Shown: positions 48,767-61,796 of the stretch, one piece after another | Layout: the number at the start of each line of letters is the position of its first letter | Position numbering within the stretch: the stretch's first letter is position 1 | Assembly: GCA_051294375.1 (NCBI GenBank) | Contig: JBJCIZ010001666.1 | Span: 46,994 to 110,993 of the forward strand | DNA from: Paraspadella gotoi | Taxonomy: Eukaryota > Animalia > Chaetognatha | Length of the DNA stretch: 64,000 bases | Reading direction: 5' to 3' | Notes under the pieces: generated by a model | The model's database searches: none | Seen by the model: only the letters and a program-made list of their open reading frames with translations | What the model was told of the DNA's origin: nothing | Translations under genes and position numbers: made by a program

Positions 48767-51700
48767 NNNNNNNNNNNNNNNNNNNNNNNNNTGGTGGACG
48801 TGAGGCGGTGTGAATATACCGCCACAATACCATTTTAATTTACTTGAAAAAACAAAAATCGTAAAAAAATCATGTAGTATTGTAGAGATATGGCCCCCTT
48901 TCCCCCTATTTATTTTGTTTGCCTTTTGTTTTACCGTTTCTGCCGTTAGATTTCGCTTTTCTTTTCTTTAGGAGATTTACTCCTCTTTCTTTTTTACCAG
49001 ATATTCTAGGCCCATGTAGATACTTATGACTTTTCCTCCCGTCATCAAACTGCCTTTACGTAACTCGATCACACCCCAGTGACAATACCCACGCCGGTTA
49101 CGGGCTCACGGCGCCGACTTACGGCGTGAACCGGCCGACTTCCGTCATCACGGCGATTCGACGTCTTCGAAGCACGCGCAACGGCGTCAGACGCGGCCAC
49201 GTCCATTTCCGGAATCGTCTGCGGGGGGCGGGGAGGACTACTATTTATATTTCATTTATAAAAATTATATTTAATTTACATTTCGTTACAAAAATAAAAT
49301 GACTAACTAGCAAAAACTAAATGATTAAATAGTATTAAATAGCTAAATTAATAAAGCGGGGTGTGGACCGCTAAAATAACAGGGGATTTATCCAAAACCA
49401 AACATTCATTAAGATACTATTATAATGAAGAACATATACAACGCCCGATTTCATCTTAAATTCGGATTTATTATTTGTTTTTAATTAAAGACTAAATCGT
49501 ATGTTAAAATATGGGATTCGGTAATGGGCAAGGTTAGTGATTAAAGTTAGGGAATAGGCTTTGGAGCTAAGGTAAATAAACTAAGGGTTTACAGTTAGGG
49601 TTAAGGACTAGGTCAAAAGATTAAGATTAAAAGTTAAGGATTGGGTTATATAATTAATTTTACTTTAAATTTTAAGGATAAAATTAAATTTTACAATAAA
49701 AAACCCAAAATTTGTAGCTTATGTAAAAGACATACAAATATATTTAATTTTTTTTATTAATAAAGAATATAATTTTATTTATGAAATTGGTACAACCAAT
49801 ATAAAAATTATCCATTCATTTACTAAATTAAGAAAGCAGGTTGTTGACAACTAAAAAGACAAGGGATCAAACGATTATATAAAAAAATATTTAAAAAAAA
49901 GAACTTATTATGTTAACTTTTAATCTTAGTAATTAAGGTTAACCTAATATTATTAAAATAAATTTTAGTTTAAATATTAATGTTAAAATTAAATACTGGA
50001 ATAAAAGAACAGAAATTTGGCGTTTATGCAAAATTAAAATTACATAATAAAATTTATGATTCAAAGGCCCCTGTAATTTTACCAGCTTAGAGATGCCGAT
50101 CGATACAATAACTAATTAATACCCGGACGATTGAAAATCTGTTTTGGAAGAAAGAAAGAAAAAACATGTCCAAAACTTCATTTCTGAATTAAAATCTATC
50201 TAACTAGCTATTTACATGTTTTTAACCCGGCATCTCCCATCACTAAGGTGATGATATAATAAGATAAATATAAGTAAATAATGAAATAATATTTTTTTAA
50301 ATCATATAATCATTCCAGTCACAATTTAATATAATTAATTAATTATATTTTGATGTTTAGTGTAATTAACCATATTTGGATCGACCAAAACATTTTGATT
50401 GACAAAAAACATTTGGATACACGAAAAACCCAAGTTGCATTTATAATGTTATACATTATATATGCAACTATATTATAATCATTAAAAGTCATGCAGACTA
50501 AAAATTTTTTTGATAAACAAAGAACATTTTGAAATAGAAAAACACTTTTTGATATATATCAAGTTGTATATATAATGTACATCATATGTTAGTTACTATC
50601 AAAGTCATATCGTTTAGATACAATTGAAAATAAATCCACTCAGTTGAGGGAATATCAGAAGAGAAGGAGATGAGAAGTTGAGAGAAATAAGATTCAAGAT
50701 ATTTCACCTGATGCAAAATCAACCTAATCATCTGATTTCCTCTTTACAAGTCAGTCAGTCTCTCTCTCTCTCTTTTTCACATTTACAAACGCCGGTCTCT
50801 CTCTTTTTCCCCTTACATTTCCATTTGACAAAGTATCTATTTATCTAGTTATTTTAAATGATTAATCTAAATACCTTAAGTTGTCTCAACGCACTTATAT
50901 AAATATTTAATCACATGCTTCCAAAAAAATTATATTTCCTTTCTTTAATTCTTGCAATATTTTAGTTTGCCCAGTTTCTCCATTAATTTCTGTTATGAAA
51001 AATATGCTCTTTCTAATTGCTTTAACAATGTCAATCACTTTACCCTCATACCAAATGCCATCAACTTTCAATTTGAACCGGCTATTAATCAATTTTTCAG
51101 GCTCTACGATTAAATCACCATATAGTTCTTGTGATTGTTTAATCGCCTGTTTATCTACTACCTTTTGCAACTTTTCTTGAGCGCATGCAATTACAGCTTC
51201 GGCTGCATCAGTGACATCAAAATCAAGTTGCTCACTTTGTGTTTCAAAATCTAATTGACTCAAATGTGGATTTTCTTTTATATATTTCTTTTAAATGCGC
51301 TAATTTTTCTGATAAATTATATTCACGTTTCTTAACACTTTTATTGAAAACATGCTTTTTGGAGCAGGTTGCATCACCTATTCTCTGCAAAAATTCAATA
51401 AGCAAATTTATGGCCGATAGCTTTTCCTTTTCATTTGTTAGTTTGCTTAGCTTTGCTTCTATCTCGTTTTCGAGCCAAGGTGGACCATAAACAGCAGTAA
51501 AATTTCTTACAATTGTCAATTTTTTTAATCCTTTGGCATTTTCCTTTTCTTTTTTGGAAAGAATTGATTTCCTCCGTTTTTCCAAAATTTGTTCTCTACA
51601 TATGATTTACGAGCGGTTTCAAGTAATTTTCTTTGTTCTTCTGTTTTGCTGTCAATATAACCAGTAAGATTATTTGTGCGAATCAAGATTTCATTCTCGA

Positions 51701-52281
51701 GATAAGTCGATTTAGCGGTTGGTTTAGAATTCATAATGTATCGCAAAAGTCCGAAAAGTGATTCACCTTTTTGGTTAGTTGTAGGAACACTTGTTGTAGC
51801 ATCTACAAAATTTGGATCATCTTGCTTTTCCAGCTTTTCATCTTTTAGAAAGTCATTGGCTTGTGTCATCAAGGTATAAAGCATCGCTTGAGCCATTACT
51901 TTCGCAACAGCCGACATTTGCTTTCTTTGGAAATCGTTGGTAGGAATTAGCTTTATGACAGAAGATACACGATCTTTGTCCAGAAATACTTTTGGAAATG
52001 GTGACTCTTTTTCAAAAATTCGGTCACCATCTTTACTTATGTCTATCAAATAAGTTTGAAGATTCTGTAGATGAGGAATCACTTCTAGGATGTGTACTTT
52101 CATTTTTGAGTATTTCTCATTTACATCTTTGCCATACAGAACCCTCCACAAAGGTGAAAAGATGAGAACATCAAAAAGACTGACAGCCCTTAATTGATGC
52201 AAGACCATTGGATCTTTCAAATCATGTTTGATAGATAAATAAATTTGGCTCGAGTCTTCATACTCAGACATCATATAAAAT

Positions 52282-52895
52282 TAGGGGTAGCCCCACTCAA
52301 TGGGGTGAGTCAAAAATTTAGAATTATTACATGCTCAAACGAAAATTTATACATTTTGAAGTATACTTTCAATGGACAAAACATTTCTTATGTGGCTCTA
52401 TACCCAAATAATTAATTTTTTAATAATTTATTTATAAATAGGAAAGACCAAAATTTTTTTTCATAATTTTAAAATTTTAAGACCAGATTCAGATAGCCTC
52501 ATAAAAGTTGTCTACACAAAGTATAATTATTTTTTAAATATTTTCATGTTCAGTGAGTCAAAAATAAGAAAAACCATAAAAAATCATCATCATCATCATC
52601 TTTCAAAAATTTTATCAGTTTTTTTATATTTCACATAGAAAACATAAAAAATTTTAAAAGCTGTAATTATATTTCTTGTTTAACTTTTTATGCTCTATCA
52701 GAATCCATCAAAAAATTTTAAGATTTCAAAAAAAAAAATTTCTAATGTAAAAAAGACAAGTAATATTTAATGTATTAATCAAGACGTATAATGTAAATTT
52801 TTTTGAAAATGATTGCTTAAATATTTAGTCAAGACAACTAAAAATACTTTTGCTAATAGTCGAAATTTTATATATTATCTCTGGAGTTGGTCCTA
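52282..52895. mobile_element. Non-autonomous insertion in the transposase
   Basis: TAGG...CCTA ends and imperfect duplication TATAAAAT/TTAAAAT; removal gives EFLEAFYMMSEY. Internal motifs are shared with 53511-54041 and ~60200-60370. Confidence 0.6.
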
Positions 52896-53510
52896 TTAAA
52901 ATGCCTCTAAAAATTCAGGAAAATCCTGGTTACAGCAGGAAATTCTATTGCAGCCCTAGAGTGTTCGTGTGCAACAGCATTTTCAATTTTTTTCTCCTGA
53001 CGAAAAGCGTTCCATTGTTGAGAAAGTCTCCACCTTTGTTCACTTTGGTGTGGATGGCACACCTGGGAAATGTTGCGATTCAGACGCTGAACTGAAGGTG
53101 ATTCGTTTGGAAAAGAATGAGGATTTTTTTGATACTCAGGCGGATAAGAAGATTCTAAGATTCTCAATGATTCCATTACAGATGAACACATATTGTGCAA
53201 TAAATGCATTTTACAATAAAATGTTTTCAAATTTTCCAGCTGGACTGGCGTGAATTCATTTTTAGCCATAAGGGTAGGCAATAGTTCTGTCTTGAAGCTT
53301 TCAAGTTCCTTTACAAAGGCACCATTGACTGGAGCTTGATCAGTCATTGTATTGGTTATTTTGGTGACCAGCTCCGCTAGTTTTTCTATTTCATTCTCGT
53401 CAGTTTTCAGTCCACTTTTCGCGATTTCAGTGAATTTTTCGTTAACATAACCAACTAAAGATTTAGCGTCTTCATGGCAAATGGCTCTCAGGCCTAGAGT
53501 ATATGAAGAG

Positions 53511-54041
53511 TAAGGCGTAGTAAAATTCCTAAGTTTAACTTTAATTAAAATTCTAAAAGTGAGGAACGAACAACATTATACTTATGAACATTTATGTATA
53601 AAAAAAATTTATAATAATTTGTACTAAACCAATAAATGTTAAAACTTCAAAACAGTTTTTTCTAAAATTTTTTTGCAGATTTGGATTCGTCATAAAAAGT
53701 TGATAAAAAGAAATATAACTCTTTTTGAAAAATTCCTTCATTAAGTGGGTCAAAAATTATAAAAAGCTATATTTTAAGCTGAAAATTAACTTTTTATATA
53801 TTAAATATAGTTTTTTAAATTTTTAACCCACTTAATGAAAGAATTTTTAAAAATGATTTATATAAGAAAAGCCTATTTTGAAATTTTTCGATTTTATAAG
53901 GATAGTACTATATATAAATATAGCCTACTTTGAAAATTAAAAAACATAAAATTAATTTTTTTTACAAAATAATGTTCACTGATGGTATGTTGTTCATAAT
54001 TGACTTTTAGAATTTTCGTATGTAACTTTCACTACGCCTTA
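53511..54041. mobile_element. hAT-type MITE
   Basis: 11-bp TIR TAAGGCGTAGT/ACTACGCCTTA and perfect 8-bp TSD ATGAAGAG; removal restores DGSSYTLGLRAI. Confidence 0.9.
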
Positions 54042-55006
54042 ATGAAGAGCCATCTGAAAAATGTACTTGCGAACCTAAAAAGCTCATTGAACGGTGCGTT
54101 GCAGAATCTATGGCAATTGTAATATCTTTCTCAGCTTCAATTTTTTCTTTAATCTGACTCTGCAACAGGGCATGACTCTCGGTCACTAGCCTAGATACAA
54201 AACTTCTTGAAGGGCATTTGTTTAATTCCTTGCCAGATAATCGTTTTAGCACACATTCCATAGCTTTGGGAATTTGCTTAGCTGGTATCCCAAGTTGAAG
54301 AAGATCCCAAGCACACACGCGAATTTCATCTACATATTTGCCTTCTTCGAAAGCATTAAATTCTTCTTTATTTAAAGCTTCATTCATAGATTCAAGCGCA
54401 GCTATTTCCCTCCATTGGCTTTTAAACTTATTTCGCATTTGATTCATGGCATCGTTGTGTTTTTGGTCTTTTTCAATAATAACATTTTTTAGCATTTTGT
54501 TTTCATATCTTTTTCGAGCCAAATGAATTTGTAACGAGCGAGTCTTCTCTTTCTCTTTACTCAGCTTTTTCAATAGCTGAGTAATTTTTTTGTCCTTGCC
54601 TGAATCAACCCTTTCTTTGAGAGAAAGCTTTTGGCGGTAATGTTTCAATTCTTCGTTTTTTTCTGCAAGTTTTCTTTTTTTTCTGATTTTCATAATTTTG
54701 TTAGTTTTTTCCAACTGAGGATTTCGATTAAGAAAATGCTTTTTATCTGGTTGAACGATCGCTGGTGGTTCAACGATTTCTGAATTTTCATGCCCTTCCA
54801 CTGAATTGAGAGGACAATCAACTGAACGAGAAGGGCATTGTATGTCGCATAAATCAATAACTGTAAAATTACTTGTTTCTATATCTACTTCTTCTTGGTC
54901 GTGTTGAAACAGATTACTTTGATTTAGATCAGAATTAATTAATCCTGTAGAGTTGTGACTACTTCCTTCAAACGATATAATGGTATCATGCTCATTATTA
55001 TCAACG

Positions 55007-55298
55007 TGCATAGATGTTTCATCATTATCAGACTCTCCTGCAGATTCATTTTCTATATTCCTCACGGATATCATATCTGTTTCAGTTACCATTTCATTTT
55101 CATTTTGCATTGATGTTTCATCATTATCAGGCTCTCCTTCTGAAGATTCATTTTCTATATTCCTCACGGATGTCATATCTGTTTCAGTTACCATTTCATT
55201 TTAATTTTGCATTGATGTTTCATCATAATCAGGCTCTTCTTCTGCAGATTCATTTTGTATATTCCTCACAGATGTCATATCTGTTTCAGTCGCCATTT
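55007..55298 (-). repeat. Three 102-bp (34-codon) coding tandem repeats
   Basis: Unit MVTETDMTSVRNIENESSEGEPDNDETSMQNENE; one copy carries GAA>TAA. Confidence 0.9.
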
Positions 55299-56971
55299 CT
55301 AAAACAACAAGTTTGAGCAAACAATGTCGGATCTACCCACGAGTACTCGCGGAGCAATTCTATAAGTCACTTTTTGGTCGGTCTGTCGGTGTCTGTCCGT
55401 CGGACAATCTCACTTACATTAAAAATACTTATAATTGGTCACTCATTTGTCAAATCTAAGGGACTGCAAGGGCCGCCTTCAGGAATTCCTAAATCTCAAG
55501 ATTAAAATACAGAATTTTGATGCAGTGCATGTCATAAAGACACGGGCAAAAAACTTTTGTATATAATTTTATCAAAAGGAAATACACGTAAAAATAAAGT
55601 CACTGTGGCGCAACACATTGCAATTACCGTTCTTGTTTCCATTTTAACTCATTTCCACTCACATGATTCTATCAAAACTTTTTATCAAACTCAATCGCAC
55701 AAAATTTCATCTAAAAAAATTAAAGTAAATTTTTATTACTTATTGAATATTTTATTACAGAAGTCCTAATGATAATTTCAACCTAATTGGACAGTACGGT
55801 GGTTTAAAGCCGCAATCACTCATAAAAAATTGTCTTAGCGGGATTCTGCAAGCTTTCATAAGAATCTCTCAAAGTCGACTTTATCAATGCCCAGAGTGAC
55901 TGGCTTCTATATGGTATGTTTCAATTGGCTGTTTTACTCGTAAAAGATGACAAATCATAGAAGAATACATAGGCTATTTTAAAAATAAATATTAAATAAA
56001 AAATTCAATGCAGCACTCATAATATTGTTTGCATTATTATTATTATTATTATTTACCTGGAAAATCTTTTTCTGAAAAGAAGGGTGTCGCAAGATAAGTC
56101 TTTGCCATTTCTGTGCTTAGACTCCAATTCTTTTTTCGCCATCTTAATTTTCTCAACTTTGATTTGAAAGTTTTAATTGTAATACGCATTTCTGGAAATC
56201 TATCTTTAATGAGGCGCCAACATGCTATCTCGCTTAAGCCAATACTAAGTTCATACATTTCTTTTTTAGTTATTTGATCCATTTTAAAAGTAACTTCTAA
56301 ATAACATAAAAATAAAAATAAAATAAAACAAAATAAAAAAATCTATAATAGAAGAGGTAAAATCGGACACGAATAGTTTCAAAAATTTTTTTCTATGCGT
56401 CATTTTTCAAGTATGCAGCGGCATTTAACGCCTTATCAATATATCCCATATATGTCTCATGTTGGATAAGCATGTTATAATCTTTTATATATCGGTTAAA
56501 TTCTAAGTCATTGCATAGTAAAGCTTATTAGTAATTATAAATTTAACTTAAATTAAAATTCTAAACGTAAGGGATGCACAACGTACTAATGAACATTAAG
56601 GTATAAAAAAAGGTTATTGAAGAGACAGTAATAATTGTTATGAGTTAGTTACAGAACCGTTCAATAAAAGAAGTCCCTGAGCTTCGGATCAAGTCAATGT
56701 CGTTCCATTCTCTTCATCTCCATTATCTATCGACGCGAAAAAAGACATTTGAACCTCTACCGAGAAAATATGATATGGCGTCAAGCAGAGATGTGGAAGC
56801 GATCCGGAAAGCGAAACGAACACGGTGGGGGGCCGAATTTTGAAAAAACCGAAAGTGGGAGCGATTGAAAAAATGAGAAATTAGGGATTGAACCCGGAAG
56901 CGATAATTTTCCCCCCGGGTTCGCGTTCTTGATCATTTGTTTTTTTCTCGACTTTTTCATTTAATCATATT

Positions 56972-57698
56972 CTATGGCAACGGGAGGATAGCCTGTGATA
57001 ACCCGGCGCGGGGATCTCACCAACTGGCGTAGGGGCTTCGACCCTCAGTGACCGCCTCCTGTCACTGCTTGTATACCGGCACCGTCACAATTTAAGCCAG
57101 AACCGGGATACAGAGGATTGAACCCGGGAACGCACGGATGGAATGAGATGATTTAGCCTGCTCAGCCATTGAGATGAGGCTGAGGACGGACAGCAGTGAG
57201 GAGCTTTAAGTCTTGCTGCCACAGGATCCCCCACCAGACTTCTACAACAGGGCCTCAATCCTGAGGAATGTCTGAGAGAAGTTTTGATCTCATTGCCATA
57301 GTGAGAGCGAGCGGGGCGATGTGAGCGAGCGAGTCTGGAGGGTTACCAGAGAAGTAGGGCATAGGGTGATATGCATACCTTAGCGACGTAAGCGTGGGCG
57401 CACGGTGCCAGCGGTTGCGTGTTCGAGAGTCGGCTCACCACTTATGGCAACGGGAGGATAGCCTGTGATACCGCGGGCGCGGGGTATCTCACCAACTGGC
57501 GTAGGGGCTTCGGACCCTCAGTGACCGCCTCCTGTCACTTGGCATTTTATACCGGCACTGTCACATTTAAGCCAGAACCGGATACCCAGGGATTGACCCG
57601 GGACGCACGGATGGAATGAGATGATTTAGCCTGCTCAGCCATTGAGACGAGGCTGAGGACGGACAGCAGTGAGAGCAGCTTTAAGTCTTGCTGCCACA
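56972..57698. repeat. Tandemly duplicated GC-rich structured repeat (56972-57222 and ~57441-57698)
   Basis: TATGGCAACGGGAGGATAGCC...TCTTGCTGCCACA occurs twice. Confidence 0.85.
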
Positions 57699-58061
57699 AT
57701 TCGTTCATTTTTTCCCCATTTTTTTCAGTATTTTCATTCATTCATCCATTCGTACAGTCCGTTCGACCCTACGTTCGTCAGACCGTCCATCCGTCCCCCC
57801 CATAACAAAAAACTCAAATTACTCGTGATTGAATGGATGGATTTATAAAATTTAAAAAAAACAAAAGTCACATTTTATTGAATAATTTTACTAAATTAAA
57901 ATTCATAATTACTGTAATATCATAATTGGATAGATAGATCAAATGAAATTTGTTGAGTGGGTAAGGAAAGTGTGTGATTAAGCTAGATATAAGTTTTAGA
58001 TTGAATCGTGCGAGCGGAAATGGAAAAAAGAAAAGTCACATTCACTTGAATTTTTTTAAAG

Positions 58062-58092
<31 letters not shown>

Positions 58093-58665
58093 ATCTATGG
58101 ATCAATTATATTGCATACTACTATTTTCGCGTTTATAGGAAAATCTTGATCATCGCATTCTATAAATATTTGTCGTTGCAATAAATGAATAATTATCATT
58201 AAATAAATAAATGATTATAAATTTTGCATAATAATTGAAAATCGTAAATAATAAATAGTTGCAATAATATTTAATTATCCATCAATTATTATTTTTTTCT
58301 CATCCGAATCTATAATTAATAAAAAATCATACGATCGTAGATTGCTGATCGTTGAATGATTGATTTTGACCTTAAATCGTTGATCGTGTGGTTGTTTATC
58401 TAGGATGGTCTCACTTGTAATTAAATTTAATTAAAAATCTGGAGAAAAATGACGATTGTGAATTGACTAATCAAGGATTGATGATGCTTGAATTAACGAT
58501 AGTGAACTGATTGATTGTAAATTCCAAATCTTGATATAACAATATGTATTTCACAATCTTGAACTCCTATATTGTTGATCATGAATTAAAAAATCTTAAA
58601 GATCTTTTAAAAAACGGAATTGAAGACCCCTGTGAATAGTTTTTTCTTTTCTTTTTTTTCAAATT

Positions 58666-59761
58666 TTTAGTCGGATCTGCTTATAAGCAGATCCCGACTC
58701 TATAATTCACTTTGTCGATCCATCGGTCCGCCCCCTCAATCTTGTCGGGGCATTAACTTATTTCATGTCAGAACATCAAATTATGAAAAATTATACAAAA
58801 AAAAACGATGTCCGTCCGTCCGTCTGTCCGTCCGACCCACCTTAACAAAAAACACCAATTACTCGTGTTTGGATGNNNNNNNNNNNNNNNNNNNNNNNNN
58901 NNNNNNNNNNNNNNNNNNNNNNNNNNNNNNNNNNNNNNNNNNNNNNNNNNNNNNNNNNNNNNNNNNNNNNNNNNNNNNNNNNNNNNNNNNNNNNNNNNNN
59001 NNNNNNNNNNNNNNNNNNNNNNNNNNNNNNNNNNNNNNNNNNNNNNNNNNNNNNNNNNNNNNNNNNNNNNNNNNNNNNNNNNNNNNNNNNNNNNNNNNNN
59101 NNNNNNNNNNNNNNNNNNNNNNNNNNNNNNNNNNNNNNNNNNNNNNNNNNNNNNNNNNNNNNNNNNNNNNNNNNNNNNNNNNNNNNNNNNNNNNNNNNNN
59201 NNNNNNNNNNNNNNNNNNNNNNNNNNNNNNNNNNNNNNNNNNNNNNNNNNNNNNNNNNNNNNNNNNNNNNNNNNNNNNNNNNNNNNNNNNNNNNNNNNNN
59301 NNNNNNNNNNNTTCTTTTTATATTAAATGTAAATGCAAGATGTATAAATTATTCAAATAAATAATAATTAATTAATCAATTAGTTAATTAATTAATCAAT
59401 TNNNNNNNNNNNNNNNNNNNNNNNNNNNNNNNNNNNNNNNNNNNNNNNNNNNNNNNNNNNNNNNNNNNNNNNNNNNNNNNNNNNNNNNNNNNNNNNNNNN
59501 NNNNNNNNNNNNNNNNNNNNNNNNNNNNNNNNNNNNNNNNNNNNNNNNNNNNNNNNNNNNNNNNNNNNNNNNNNNNNNNNNNNNNNNNNNNNNNNNNNNN
59601 NNNNNNNNNNNNNNNNNNNNNNNNNNNNNNNNNNNNNNNNNNNNNNNNNNNNNNNNNNNNNNNNNNNNNNNNNNNNNNNNNNNNNNNNNNNAATTAATTA
59701 ATTAATTAATTAATTAATTAATGATTGTGGGCAGATCTGACATTGTCTGCTTAAACTTGTT
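58666..59761 (+). mobile_element. DINE-1/Helentron-associated element (mostly masked or gapped)
   Basis: 5' TTTTTAGTCGGATCTGC..GCAGATCCCGAC, GTCC/GTCT microsatellite, 3' GCAGATCTGAC plus stem-loop. Confidence 0.65.
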
Positions 59762-61771
59762 TGAGTTGCAGTTTCCAACTCTATAATNNNNNNNNNNNNN
59801 NNNNNNNNNNNNNNNNNNNNNNNNNNNNNNNNNNNNNNNNNNNNNNNNNNNNNNNNNNNNNNNNNNNNNNNNNNNNNNNNNNNNNNNNNNNNNNNNNNNN
59901 NNNNNNNNNNNNNNNNNNNNNNNNNNNNNNNNNNNNNNNNNNNNNNNNNNNNNNNNNNNNNNNNNNNNNNNNNNNNNNNNNNNNNNNNNNNNNNNNNNNN
60001 NNNNNNNNNNNNNNNNNNNNNNNNNNNNNNNNNNNNNNNNNNNNNNNNNNNNNNNNNNNNNNNNNNNNNNNNNNNNNNNNNNNNNNNNNNNNNNNNNNNN
60101 NNNNNNNTCGGTCAGTCCATCTGTAATTCGTTTGTCTATTTAAAAAAGAAAGAAAGAAAAAAAAAATTTAAAAACCAAAGAANNNNNNNNNNCCCAGGCC
60201 TTAAGCGATTCGTCATAAAAAGTTGATAAAAAGAAATATATGGAGTAAGGTGAAGTGAAAGTTTTAATATTTATTTATAGATAGGATAGGTCAAAAAAAT
60301 ATTTTAGAAATTTTAAATTTTAAGACCAGATTCAGATAGCTTATCAAAAGTTGTCTACACAAAGTTATCGAGTTTCATTAGTGAGTCAGTGAGGAAGTTG
60401 AAATGTGTGTCCATTTTCTTTGTTTCATATCGATTCAAATATTTTTTGTTTGAATTTCCATTTAATTATGATTTACTGCAATATGCAAATTAGATTATAG
60501 TAATTTTCTTTGATAGTAAAAACTGGCGAGATCACTATACTTTTAAGATTTTATTATACATATTCTTTTATTTATAAATTACAAGACATAACTGACGCTT
60601 ACATTTGGTCGTTGTCGTGGTAGAAAATTTAGCTTTGCGAATCAGTGATTCAGTTGAAAATTGCTCTTAAAAACGAAATTTACTTTATAAATTAGTCTTA
60701 TCTAATTTGTGTAAAATAATTAATTTTGAAAATCATTTTGGTATTTACATATGAAGCGGAATATTGCGGAAGATCTCCCGAATATATTATGTGCGTTATA
60801 AAATTAATCATTAAATTAAATAAGAATGATCATGTTTCCGCATGTTTCCATATAGTTTCTCAGCTAATTTTTGAAAACTCAGATACAGTAAAATAGTTTT
60901 TAAATAAATTTTAATTCAATCCATGCTAGATATTCAGTTACTTACTATGATTTTAAAAAAAATGGAAATATATCATAAACTTCCTGGATTATAGCTCGAC
61001 AAAGTGAGTCCAAAATAAGGAAAACCCCTAGATGTCCAGAGAAACTGATTTTTGAAAACTGATATTGCACGAGAGGTTTCTTATGATACTTCCTCATAGA
61101 TTAAAAGTATAAGTATTATTGTATGATGTACTACCCTTTTTCCGACTTTAGATGCTAAATCGATGATAGTGCAGGAGTCAGATTCGGGAAAAATCTTTAA
61201 TGGCAAAAATCTTCCAAAGAAGGGGTGGATTTTCCGAAGATTTTGGTTAATATTTTCTATATTTATGGTCGGATTTTTTTGAAACTTAACAATAGCAATA
61301 TTGCCAACATTCTACATTGGCCAGTATAAGAATACATTAAAAAAACCTCTGGCTTTTTTCGTCAGATCTTAGTCCTACATGTCTACTCCAAACGCTCCAT
61401 TTGGATCCAAACTCATCCTTACAGATGTACATACGATATCAGCTACCCTTGCTGCCTGCCTTTTTGTCAATGATGTTCCAACGTCTCCCCGCTTACCTGT
61501 TCTTTTATTTTTTTCCCTTAAGAATATGAAACGTAGCAATGAATATCGAACTACTGTTACTTAACTGAGTTATTACGACATTATGAATAAAAACCCTCTC
61601 CGGTATGGGAGAAACTCTGTATCAAGGATCCAATTATTATCACTTTTATTTGGATACAACCACCCACGTTCTACCGTTAAACCTTGATCGCCACCATTAT
61701 TACCATTACTATTGTTACTGGTGTCACCACCGTCATTACTATGTGTTATTCATGTACCATTTGACTCACCA

Positions 61772-61794
61772 GGGTTCGAGCAAATTGGGCGCCA
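61772..61794 (-). promoter_or_regulatory. Primer-binding site complementary to the tRNA-Lys(CUU) 3' end
   Basis: The minus strand reads TGGCGCCCAA..GCTCGAACCC two bases after the LTR CA end; the tRNA-Lys 3' end is GGGTTCGAGCCCCACGTTGGGCGCCA. Confidence 0.75.
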
Positions 61795-61796
61795 GA

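Larger units (their letters stand above)
50907..56282 (-). pseudogene. hAT-like DDE transposase with CxxH motif, interrupted by two insertions, a stop and frameshifts
   Basis: IAIDSAT (D1), MTDQAPVN (D2), CKMHLLHN and PTTNQKGESLFG (E). Putative exon 1 (56057-56282) splices in frame to 55298. The frame is restored when 53511-54041 and 52282-52895 are removed. Confidence 0.75.

Noticed and set aside
49540-49650. Telomere-like TTAGGG tract
   Set aside because: Few, highly degenerate units in an internal position.
53511-54041. MITE acting as a spliced intron in the transposase
   Set aside because: No GT-AG pair at the boundaries restores the frame, and the gene has other disabling lesions.
58808-60126. 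Long ORFs in the track
   Set aside because: They consist almost entirely of N-gaps.
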